From assembly GCF_008831285.2 (NCBI RefSeq), contig NC_045138.2:22754001-22818000 (forward strand): DNA of 64,000 bases. Direction: 5' to 3'. Source of the DNA: Nymphaea colorata (lineage: Eukaryota). A program made the translations under genes and the position numbers. Under the pieces are notes generated by a model that was not told the DNA's origin, did not search any database, and was given only the letters and a program-made list of their open reading frames with translations. Of the stretch, positions 23,801 through 35,700 are shown in pieces; positions within the stretch are counted from its first letter, which is position 1; each line of letters begins with the position of its first letter.

Positions 23801-26271
23801 TCACAGGTTCGACTTGTCCAAATCATCAAAGTATCTGTGCTCCATCGCCTTCTTGGCAGAGATTCTTTTCGACGGTTCATATTGCAACATCATCTGCAAC
23901 ATCACACTTCCAGGTCAAGTTGCCGACATGAACTCAGCACAAATAGAGTACGAATATGAAATTAATCGACATACCCAGAGAAGATCGAGGCCCGCTGGGT
24001 CAAGATCAGGAACGGCCGTTGATAAGCACTTTGGCTTCCATTGCGGAAATTCATGCCAATTTTTCAGCGCAGTCACTCCAGGCCACACCTCTTCATTTGG
24101 AGTACCCAAAAGCCTAAAGTAGAAGAAAGTGCATGTGATACAGCTGATAAAGAGAGCAGAATACAGAAGCTTGGATAGAGATTTTTTTTGTTAAGTTGCT
24201 AGAACCTGAATATATGCAATAGCTGCTGAAGTTCTGAATCCCCTGGAAAGAGAGCTTGGTTTGTAACAAGCTCAGCTGCAACATGAAATCACTTTTCAAT
24301 AGAATCGTAATCTCTGCAGGAACATGGCATAATAATGGTTTTTTGAAGATTGTGGATATTGAACAATACCGAAGATGCAGCCGACAGACCATATATCTAC
24401 CGGAGTGGAGTAGTGAGTTGCACCTAGAAGAACTTCAGGAGCTCTGTACCAGAGTGTCAGGATCTGCAAATTGGTGTTGAGATGATGAAATTTTCACGTT
24501 ACTACATTATCATTGATTTAAATTAAACGAATACAGATGAAGTCATGCAAGCAAGCACCAAGTCTGCAAAGCATGTCTAACATGTTGCAGTAACAGTGAG
24601 ATATGTTAAAAGAAGATTGCTCGCACAAAATACAAAAAGGAGTCACAGATCACCGGGTATAGAATGAGTAACAGGAAGTTGTTAGCATGAGTAGATACCT
24701 CATGAGTGTACTTCTTTATTGGGATTGTAAATGCTCTGCTGAGACCAAGGTCTGCTATTTTCAGAAGTCCAGATTTCTTGTCCATGAGGAGATTGTGAGG
24801 CTTGAGATCTCTGTGGCAACGTAATACACGGAAAAGATCAAGATAGTGATCCTTTACTAAAACATTGAATAAGAGATAAAAAAGAAAAAAATGAAGCAAT
24901 AAAAAGTTTCAAACACTACCTATGCAATACTCCATGGCCATGGCAAAAGGCAACACCTTTACAGAGCTGGAACATTAAACTCTACAATAACAACGAATCA
25001 ACTTTAGCCACTAAATAGAACCTGATCATGTTATAGATCCTAATTCTGGGCCTGCTAAAAAATAAGTCAGCCATCGTCGACAACAGTGTGCTTTTTGGTT
25101 ACAAATTCTAAAGAATTTCTACGAGTTGCGCAATTTTCGTCCTTGTCATACTAATACTTGGGCTTTCAACTTCCATATAATTTACCAGAATATCATAACG
25201 CATACACGAGATGGATGGAGCATGCATTTCACAGTAATGGACTTCACCAAAATGATGCAGCTGAAAAAGTAAAAAGGTGGAATTGGAAACATGGTTGTCA
25301 AACGCAGGGTTCTGGGAACTAAGGGGAGCGAGGCAACTCTCGAGAAAATTGTCGTTTTGAAAGATTAGGTCTATAACAACGAAATGTAATTATAGAAACA
25401 AAATAAAGCACAGAAGCTAAAATAAACAACGTTGTATCGATATTTTGAATGGGATTAGAGATTTTTCAGAGACCTACCTTCACAGTCTTGGCTGGCATTT
25501 TTTCACCGGCTTGTCGGAAACTCCGAATAAATTTCTTGAGATCTGTATCCATATATTCAAACACCAAATAAAGAACAGTCTTCCCTTCTTTGTTCTGTCC
25601 CTGTTTGAGATCTAACAGCCTATAGAGCGGAAAAGAGGAGATTAGAACGAGCACCGTATATATCAACACAAAATGAATGCACAAGTAAAGAAATATGATC
25701 AAGGACATATTTCAAGATTTTTCCGATCTCAATGACGTCCATTTTCTTGCCCAAATCAACACATAAACAACACAAGTGAGCCATGAAATTGGCGTTTCTC
25801 GTGAAAAAGTGAAGAGGCTAGTCTTTGAAACTCAACTAATCCAACACCAATCAACGATTTCTTTCAGAAAAAAGACAAAATCCCTTGAAGAAAAGGTGAT
25901 AAACCGAATTCAGGAAGAAGAAGCGAGGAAAAAATATGCAAGGTTAGGGAAAGAAAAAAATCTGAACGACAGAAAGGCAATATGGAACAGCCATACCTCA
26001 CGACGTGGGGATCGATCGAAAGCATTTTCAAGAGGGAGATCTCCCGGAGAGCGGTCGGCGGAACGCCCTCTTCATCGTCGCGAAGCCGCGTCTTCTTGAG
26101 AGCAACGATCTGGCCGGTTCGACGGTCTCTGGCTCGGTAGACCTTGCCGTAACTGCCCTCGCCAACCTTCTCCAGCTTCTCGTAGACCTCCATTACGCTG
26201 GGTGCACCTTCGCTCATGCCCATGGCATTGGAAGCCGACATCCTATGGCCCTTGTTCGATGCAGAAAGCAA
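23801..26271 (-). CDS. CDKB2: Cyclin-dependent kinase B2-type, 8 exons, 328 aa from the first ATG (310 aa if it starts at 26217)
   Basis: Exons 26271-25997, 25619-25478, 24981-24920, 24810-24699, 24463-24370, 24275-24206, 24113-23975 and 23893-23801 total 987 nt, GT-AG and in frame. Motifs [24 protein letters not shown] and [16 protein letters not shown] are present, with the B2-diagnostic [32 protein letters not shown]. The start is ambiguous among ATGs at 26271, 26241, 26223, 26217 and 26193. Confidence 0.93.
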
Positions 26272-26482
26272 GAGGAAGAAGATGCACGAATGCGCGGAGG
26301 ACGGGGGTTCAGGGGCTTCTCTATTTATCCCGCCTTTGGAGTGGGCGGCTGTTTCCCCTCCAACGTTCGGATATTTTGAATTTCAAACTCCCTCTAAGCC
26401 AAACTTCGAGGACTTTGATTGTCACCCTTGTTTTGACAAAATATGTAATATCATCTTGATGGCCTAGACGATGGTCTGATAG

Positions 26483-26578
26483 TCATCTGGCTTAATAGTT
26501 TGTCATATGATTTGGTTATCTGGCTTAATAGTATGTTATATGATTTATTATCTAGCTTTATAGTTTGTTATATGATTT
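26483..26578. repeat. 3-copy ~32-bp minisatellite upstream of CDKB2
   Basis: Units like TTATCTGGCTTAATAGTTTGTTATATGATTT start at about 26483, 26516 and 26548. Confidence 0.85.
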
Positions 26579-26599
26579 ATGTCACTGTCATCTAACTCT

Positions 26600-27130
26600 T
26601 TGACGATGGACTGACTGTAATTTGGGTTTCTTGATGGTGGATATGGGCATCCATGTCTCGAGTGACAATGTCCAACGATCAACCACGATGCTGACAATGG
26701 AGATGACCACTTTTCATTCGAAGAGTGATTTGAAAGAAAATTTCCATAAATTTCCTTTGAGAAGTTTGATTGCCATGAACTCACCCATCATTGTCAAAGA
26801 CTGCAAGAAAAAATTACTTGTCATCGCCAAGTATCAAAACCTGCAAATGATTGTTTGTTCCAAATGATAAAGTGTTGATTGTGGTGCACTTACCCCATGT
26901 TGTCCACCATCCATAAGTTGGATATGTATTAGCCTCTTGGCAGGTGGGTACCTTTTTGTGATAATGTTCCAAATTATAATGACCCTCATTAAGCATTGCA
27001 CACATATTATAAGAAATTTGACATTCATTGATATCAAACATATTGGAAATAATCTTCAGTGACATGAGTGCAACATCATGACGTCCATCAACATTACAAG
27101 TTCCAGCTTTCCATGTAGAAGAATGACTTT
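26600..27130 (-). mobile_element. Possible fossil PIF/Harbinger DDE transposase
   Basis: In order across frames: VDGRH (cf. IDGTH), IQLMDGG...APQSTLYHL (cf. YYLVDxGY...APYRGxRYHL) and LLKGNLW (cf. GLLKGRW). The matches are very degenerate and judged by eye only. Confidence 0.3.
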
Positions 27131-29675
27131 GTCTCTTATTTGTCTTTTACCGACTCTTTTCACCATCTTCCAAAAAAAAATGAGATTTTCCAATAGTCTG
27201 TTTCATAATAACTCTTATAAGTTGTTATACAAGAAATAGATTAATTAATTAAAAAAGAAAAGGCGCAAGGGTCTCCAACTTTAACAAAAACGTTGAGCAA
27301 AATAAAAATAGAACACAATGACTTAATTTTTCGTTTAGCAAATTGTGAGTTTGACATCACATTTCTAGGTTATCAAATTACGTCAACCTAAATCAGATGG
27401 TTGGAGAAACACAAATTATTAACATGTTAGTTATTTGGAGAATTGTAGGACTGGTCATTGAGAGATGCACTTTAGTCTCACATTCTATCAAGTGGTAGAT
27501 CAATATTAGGAAAAATGCGACCACTACTCTATACATGGCGATTAAGAGAGTTCAAATCAAGTCTCGATTTGAGAATTCGATTGAACAATAGGAGCATTAA
27601 AGAGCCTTGTCTAGCAATTTAAAATATGTTGTGGTTTTGAAATGCAGTTATGGAACTAGTCACTGATAAAACATGTTCTTGAAGCATATTTTGGTAAATC
27701 TAGCACACTTTTTACTAAATCATAAGCATGATTCAATCCATCAAGTATACGAAGCTGTGATTCATGAGAAACAAACCATAAAAGTTCCATGTTATAGAAT
27801 GATCTATAGGCTATTATAGCATAGCTGATGGACAAACTTTTTGTAGTGACTTTGATAACATCGGTAGAGGGTTTTATTGAAATATAGCAACAATATATGA
27901 TTTTAGCTGGATAGGTTTATCCATATGAGTGTTTTTCATGGGTAATCTTCCACTACTATAGGTTTTGTTCTTTTTTGACAAAAAAATAATACTTCTTATG
28001 AAGCTAGCAATTGGATACAACTAAAGCTCCAAATACCCAATAGCAAATCATCATCTATGTAATCACGTTGGTGGTAAAGCACTGCAGGGTCATATGGCAA
28101 CAAACAAGATATAAAGCTATTACATGAGGATATTGTGAAGAAACACGTGCACCTTGGGGTTAGCTTCAGTCATCTTTAATTTAAAAAGAAACAAGAATAT
28201 TAGTGGTATTAAAAGAGGCATAAAAAGACATATGAGCTTGATTTAAAGAATTAAAATAACTTCTTCCTACTACAAAATTTTAGGTCCTTCTGTTCAAACT
28301 CCATAGAATGCAAAAAAAAGGCAAAAAAAGAAACATTAAAATCTAAAACAAGCGAAGAGATTATTATTATATAGAAAATAATTGACCACATATTCCTAAG
28401 TAAAATTTTACATACTAAAGCAGCTTATGTTAGACACCAAATATGAACCTTCAGCTACAAGGATTGGCTCTTTGTTGTTTCATCAGCTTGAGGAGCCACC
28501 TAAAAGTGGCCAAGTGTTTCTTGGTAATAGCAGTTGTCTAGTCATCTTCGATTCAGCTTGACCATTACCCATGAGATCAAGAATATCCAAAACCCACAAT
28601 GAATGTGCTATGCAAATTTCCTCATTGTCATAAGCATCACATGATATAAAAACAAGCCCAAAGCAAAATCCCTCACTTTCTGAGCAGTAAATTTACTTTG
28701 CCAAAAAGGGAATGTGATTAACTTTACAATGAAGAGCATGTACATCTTCGCCATGTGCCAATGGGATCTTGATCTACTAGACTATCTTTCTTCCTCATAC
28801 AATTTGAAGATATTCATTTGGTCAGTGTGATATTTAATACATTCTTGGCTCCCATTAATGTTACTAATGCCATCATGTGGCATTAGCTAAAATACGTCAA
28901 ACCAACTTATCTCCATTCAACATCTAAAGGCAAAGAAGACTATTACCAAGAACTTAAAAGGCAAATTTAGCCAACTCAAGAATCTCATGAAATGGTTTTG
29001 ATATACAAACCATATCCTTCCTTTTACTAGGATATCAAACTATTTGCTAGGATGGTAAATGTAAAACCATAATTAGATGGATGACTTTATGAAGGAGCTG
29101 CTCGTAGACATAAATAATGGGTTATATGGAAATAAGGGTAAAGTTATCACTTTTTGCCACACCGCCAAGTATTGCACTGCAAAGCAATATGACAAACTCA
29201 TCAATGTGAAATGACAAACTTAGTATTGGTTTTAGGCATACCTCTTGGTTCATGAAGGGCCTTATCATACGATGGAGTGCTATTCAGGTGAATTGGAGGG
29301 TAGGACAGGGGAATATCAAATTTTGGTCGGACAAATGGACCTTTATTTGCGTTAAAAACCACTTGACTGTATTCACGACATGCAGCTTTCAATGCCAACA
29401 ATCCATATATCTATTCAGACCTTGATGTATACAGTTGGTTGCGATTTCCCGAGTTTGACTAATAGGCTGGATCTTCTGCTTGTACAAGAGAGGTCGGCAA
29501 ACTAGCTCAGATTTGGGAGTTTAGCAAGGACAAGAGCCAAGAAGACAAATGGAGGATTTGGTTGTAGAACAAGGATTGTGTGCCTCGTGCAAACTGGTTT
29601 TGTTATATTGCTAGCCATGGCAAACTCCAAACTCAAGATAGACTTCAAGTGAGGGGGTTTATTATGGTCAGCAAA

Positions 29676-29798
29676 TAAGCCTGGGCATGGGGCCCAGGTA
29701 CCCCAGTGTATTTTAAATTTAAAAAATATTTTTTATTTTAACAGGGCTGGGCCGGGGCTCAGGTTTCAGGCATCGGGCTGGCCAGATGCCCAGGCCTA
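29676..29798. mobile_element. Short MITE with TIRs (hAT-like)
   Basis: Termini TAAGCCTGGGCAT and ATGCCCAGGCCTA, GGGCC-rich subterminal motifs and an AT-rich core. No clean TSD. Confidence 0.6.
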
Positions 29799-32700
29799 CC
29801 AGGAGATGTCAATTGTGCCTTAAACATGCTGAGAATGCAGTTTTATGCTCTCCAATTGCCATGATGTGGATAAGGTGTGAAGGGCAATCTGTGGTAAGTT
29901 TGGTCAAAAGAGGATTCCTCGTTGGAACTTTAGCTCAAATGGTGGTATTTCACTAGCTTCAAGAGACATTAGCTGATGAGATGCTGGTAGATTTGCTTCC
30001 AGACCAGAATCTAGAAGCTCTAGATCGAAAAAAGTGATCGGCTTCAGAGTGGAGTCGGTTCATATTGAGCACGTTGCCAAAAAGATCTGGGCAATCTATG
30101 TTAAGTGTTTCTTGCTAAGGTTTAAAGAATACTCACGGGACCGCAAGGAGCCGGAGGCATGGTTAGTTTCTGGTTTTGCTGTGGATGAGTGGCCAAGGGC
30201 TCCACATAAGGACGTACGTATTCAGGCAGCCTTGGGCAAAAAGGGGCAGGCTGAGTGGTGCTTTGCATTGATTGATGCAATGCAACAATTCTAAAGCTGG
30301 TTTTTACATGTTAGACGAAGTCTTATGTCCTCATATTGACAAAATTAACATGAACTTCTTCTTGCATCTAACAACAAATTTTGGCTTGGTTGAATGCATA
30401 GAATTTTGGAAGGACGAGCACTTTGTCATTCCAGATTGTGTAATCTGTGAGCAATCTGTAATAGAATTTCCTTTCTCCAAATCAACCACGATCTTAACAT
30501 TGTTGTGATGCTCTCTTCTTTGTAATGGCCTGATAGTTGAAGCTGATGTGCTTCTTTCCTCTACATAGCAAGTTTTGTATCTTATAATTTTATCAACAAA
30601 GTAGTCAAAGGCCTATCCTCCAGTAGAGTTTATTAAAAAATAATAGATGTACTATCAATATTAGATCTTCATTAATTGTGAATCTCATTCTAATGCCACA
30701 AACGTATAGAAAAATGGAATTAAGTTGATAACCAAATCGAGTTGAAGATCAATGACAAATAGGATAAGGAGAAGCCAAAGAAGAATATATGTGGATCAAA
30801 AACACCACAAATATAGTTAATAATCAAGCAATAATTAATAACCCTCTAATTTTTTTCTAACCATATCACTTGAGAAATTGTTAATAAACTTCATATTAAA
30901 TAACATTTAGGGTGCATTTGATAAACATAAAAAAACTATGTAGGTGATTTTTTTTTTCTTTTTTGTATGGATTACCCATGCAACATTAAACATAGAAAAA
31001 ATTATGGGCAAACTTTTCATTAAAAAGGGTTAGACCTGAGGGATCTGACATTATTTTGTGAACTTTTTATGCCTATTAGGGCTTTGTCGAGATGCATCTC
31101 TCTTCATGTGTCTTCCTGTTGCAGGGAAGCAGCAGCTACTACCTCTTCCTTAGTGTGTCTTCCTCTGTACCACTGCCTCTTGGTGAAAGGTAAATATGTT
31201 TCTCTCTCTTCTCTCTCTCTCTCTCTTGCATTTTTTTCACCCCTGTTTCTCTCATTCCACAAGTATTCTACAGCATTATTCTTGTGCCAAAGTCGAGCAA
31301 GGAGGACACTAGCAACATGTTTTTCTCAAGAAGATGCTCCTCAACAGCAGCAAAGTAAATCTCTCTCTCTCTCTCTCTCTTGTTTTTTCAGCACCCTTGC
31401 TTTCTATTCATGCATCTCTTTCCAACTGTTTTCCCTACAAGGTCACAAACACAACTCTTTAGCATCATGTTTTTCCTCAACAAAAGCTTCCTCAATAGCA
31501 TCCAGGGTAAATACCTCATTTCCTCTCCTTTCACCATTTCCAACAATGTTTTTCAGCAAAAGCAAGGCTGTTACATTCTTGAGATGGTCATCTCTTTCTT
31601 TGCTCATGAATTTATACAATATAGGGCTATTGATAAATCAATAATGCTCTCCATTCAGAAAGAGTTCAGTCCGTCATTCAATATGGTTTTATCTATTTTG
31701 GAGATACAAAATCATGCTTTATAGGGCCAGTTACCATTCTTTCTCATTTTTATCTTGATCGCTTGTTGGTGTCAATATGTTTTTAGATTTCTAGAGTATA
31801 TGTGAGGCTGATATAAGTTGATATGGTTGGCTAAATTTCTTATTTTTCTCTTCATTGTTTTTTGTGCCAATCTTTATAGACCACTATTAACATGATATGT
31901 GAGCATGTTACTAGACCATCAACCTCACACTATTTCAGATGCATTCACATGTTTACTAGTTTTCATATTTTATGCTTCCCTTTTGCATGTATGTGTTGGA
32001 GTTTTTTTTTTTTTTTTAGGAGGGGGGTGTTGGGGTGGGGGGGGGGGGGGGGGGAGGGGGCTACTTATAACCACGATTGGTTAAGCTTGGATGGATTAAG
32101 CTGAGCCCATAATTTTTGTTTTCTCATCTATACTTGAACAAGGATGCCTACTAACAGACAAAAAAATATTGGTTGTAACAAAATGCTAAATAATAACATA
32201 AGTAAGCGTGGATTAGAGTGCTAGGTGAGATTATTTAGTCTTAATTGAGATCAGCTTGCTATAAGACGGAGCTTGACTTGTCAACATAAAACTTGAGCTC
32301 AGGTGGCTTGAGCTGGAACTTGGGTTCCACAGCTTTAGTTCATTATAATTATTCCATGTAGTCTATATTTTAGTTATATCTTGTCCAATTGGATATTTGA
32401 AAGCTAAAATTAGATGTACCATTTATACTACAAATGTTCTTCTGTTTCTCTATTTCTAAGTCCTTTCATTATTAATGCCTAGTGAACTGGGTACTTGAGC
32501 AAGCAATGCAATGTATCTTGCTTGCATTTCATGACCCAATTCTATTCTCTTCTGCAAGTAAACTTGCTCTTAGTGGTGTTTGTTGCATTTCTTCGTCTCA
32601 TTCTTTTTTATTTGAGCCTGAGCCCAATAGCTTTTATGTTTTTTATACCATTGTTTAACTTATTTTTGAGGTTTTCTATTCTAATTATGACTTAGTTTGT

Positions 32701-35700
32701 TAAGATGAACTAGTTTGTAAAATTCTTGTGAACCTTAGTTTGTAATTGTGAAGAAAGATTATACAAATTGGTATAACGTGGAAGACAATAGTCTCTCAAG
32801 GGAGAATCTTACATCGATTGAATCACAAATGGACTACTGAGTCCAACTTCTATTGAAGCAATCACACATTCCAACTATGAAATCAGGAGGAGATTTGAAG
32901 CTAAAAGCATTCACACCCATTGAAAAGGACACATGCTTTGGAAATGATTTACAAGGGACAAAATTAAAAGCAAATTGAAGTATGCAAAACTTAATTTGAC
33001 AATAATAAAGGAAATATTGAACACAAGTAAGTTTGGTGGGACCCCCATGAACAAATGCATATGACCCCTGAAGTATGAGGTGAATACATTTAGGTCTATT
33101 TTAGAAATACAAAATTGTAGGTTAATTTGTCCAAAATCAATTGTTGATTTCTTTCGGCATGTGATCATATGACATCTTCTATAAATACTCAATAGGAAAA
33201 GTGCATTAACCCACAAACATTAAGGTTCTATGAGGAGTTTGTTGAGACATTTGGTGATTCAAATGCTATTGAAAATGATTTAGACATGTGCTTAAGACAT
33301 TCTTAAATGAGGACAATGAACCTATCCCAACAGCTCCTGCATCCACAGTTCATACCATTTGTAATGCAGTATGACAATCGATAGTCATTTACTCAAATGC
33401 TCAAAGAGAATAATCCTTTGTAATCCCTAATGTCTTAAAATCCACCATATTAGGATCCCACAACAAGACCACAAGTAGGTCAAAAAGGACCGAATCAAAT
33501 TAAGATGAAGGTTATTATCATTTATTGCATTATATTGCAGATGACGTGAGGGATATGACACATGCATGTACAATGGTTTAATTTACTGTAGTGAAACACT
33601 TCAAGAGTTGTAGGAGATTGGATAAATAGATGAGGACACACATATTAAAGCTATTAACATGTTCGTAGATGACAACAACCCCATAGTCTTTTGTCAACCT
33701 TCCACCTCCTCAGCAAATGTCATGTTTGACAAATAAACATGCTGATTTTTAGGTAAGTCATAATTATACATTGAGTGGTTTTTGTTCATTTTTATTGTCT
33801 TCATACATTCAATGGTTGTTTGTTGTTTATGCTGGTGTAATTGAATGCCAATTTCATCTTGTACATTTGTCTATTGTAATTAATTACTACATAGCATTGC
33901 ATGCCCATATATTGTAAAATGGTTGTTCTTCATATGCTTGTTATTGTAGGTCGTGTAGTTTAGTAAAAATGGTTATGTAAACATGTTCAATGATGATGAG
34001 TAATGAGAGTGTTACTTGTTTTGGAAAGTGAAAAGCATGTCCATCGGTGTTGGAGCAACTATTTTTATTTACTTTTGTATTGGACCTATATTCGTTTAAC
34101 AAGTAGACTATATGGGTGCTGGTCTATAGTCCATGATGTGGCAAGCTCTTATGTATGGTGACATGACAAACTCTTCGTATATCCTTGTCAACTATGGTTT
34201 GCTTATGAATGTTTTTTATATGATTTGATGCATGTTATATGTTAAGTTGTAACACACCATACAATACTCAGATGGTGTGTTCTTTTAATTTGATATGGGT
34301 TTCAGCAAGTGATAGATTGTTTTAAAACATTATATATTGGCTTGAAGAGGCCATTAAACATTTATTAAGATGTTTTGTGTGGATCTATCCATACTTTTTA
34401 ATTGATTTCCATGATGATGGATTCTATATGCATAGATATTGTATATTTGTTAGAGTTATGTTTGATATGTAGGGGTGAGAAACATTATACCTGGATGCAT
34501 CTCTGTATTTCTTGAATTGTGCTCTTGCATGCGATGTCCCAAATTTTCTATTGTGGAACAAGACACTAGTTACCATTTCATATTCTACTTGGCTGTTTAA
34601 GTACATTTGTCATTTCATTGCCTCCAAAGAGAATCAGCTCTCTTGCCATTCAAAGTTAGAATCTTGTTGTGTTTATTCTTCCAAATGAGATTGGCTCTTG
34701 TTAATTGGTTTGCCATGGGCTTGATGTTAGTTTATAAGAATTTGTTTTAATACATTAGCTAGTGTTATAAAGGTTGGCCATTAACATATTGTTTTGCTGG
34801 TGGTTTCAATGCGACATGCATAAACTCCATTTTAATTGTTTCAATACAAGCTCGTTTCAACTACATATTTTAACTACAAAAATGGTAAAATAGGAGAGAG
34901 GAGTTGATAAACTTGCAGTTGTTGCTGACGTTGCTAATGACCCATGAGCATTGGTTTGTAAGAATCTTCGACTTTGATTTCCTCTTCGTAGTGAAAGTAT
35001 ATTACCTATTACATGAGCTTCACTACCTTGTTATTTTGTTATGAGTTCTTCAAGTAATTTTGGGTATCTAACAAAGGACAATATCAAATGTAGATATTTT
35101 GACACACAAGTAATTGTGTTTTTAGTGTTTTATTGGGCATTGTATTTTGCAAGCATTACATTACATTGGCTGATACAAACTCTTCAAATATGCATTGGTC
35201 ATATGGCTACCAATAGTCATATTTTTTTTTTGGAAAGAGTTTTCAGGTCCAACACATGACAGAAATTTCTTCTTGAAATTTTCTTTTATTCTATCAAACA
35301 TGGTCTGGATTTTGAAAAAATCTAATTTTCTTTGTTGTAAACTTTCCAAGATTCTTTTGCAAGAATCTTTTTCTAGAAAAAAGTTTTAGGGCCAATACAT
35401 GTTACCCTATTTTACAAGATGTTCAAAAGTTACAAACATATGATGTATTATCGATGGTTTCAAGAAAAGTCAACCTAGAAAAGACATAGTAAAATTAATT
35501 TCCTCCAAGTATCATAGCAAGAATTCTAAGTGCAATTTGTTCTATCCTTGGTATTTATCTTATTTAATATTTAATGGAAAATTCAAAGTACTAACCATTG
35601 TACTGGTTACAATAGCATAGCATTGTGGAAATTTCGATGCTTTAGTTTTATTGCATTTGTAGTTCGTACTTTTCAATGGGATGACTGCTACAAATTATTC

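Noticed and set aside
24690..24698. GTATCT donor in CDKB2 intron 4 as a U12 intron
   Set aside because: It does not match GTATCCTT and no U12 branch site is seen.
23410..26578. Short direct repeats as a CRISPR-like array
   Set aside because: Eukaryotic context, only 2-3 copies, no unique spacers and no cas genes.
26990..27045. DINEC..C, resembling a calcium-binding EGF repeat (WAK/VSR)
   Set aside because: The remaining cysteines, splice sites and neighbouring domains are absent.
29860..30640. Possible LINE 3'/RNase H relic (also 60600-61200)
   Set aside because: Composition is suggestive, but I could not read a diagnostic motif with confidence.
31069..31644. 191-aa ORF
   Set aside because: It runs through (CT)n microsatellites and has low-complexity Ser/Leu/Phe composition with no motif.
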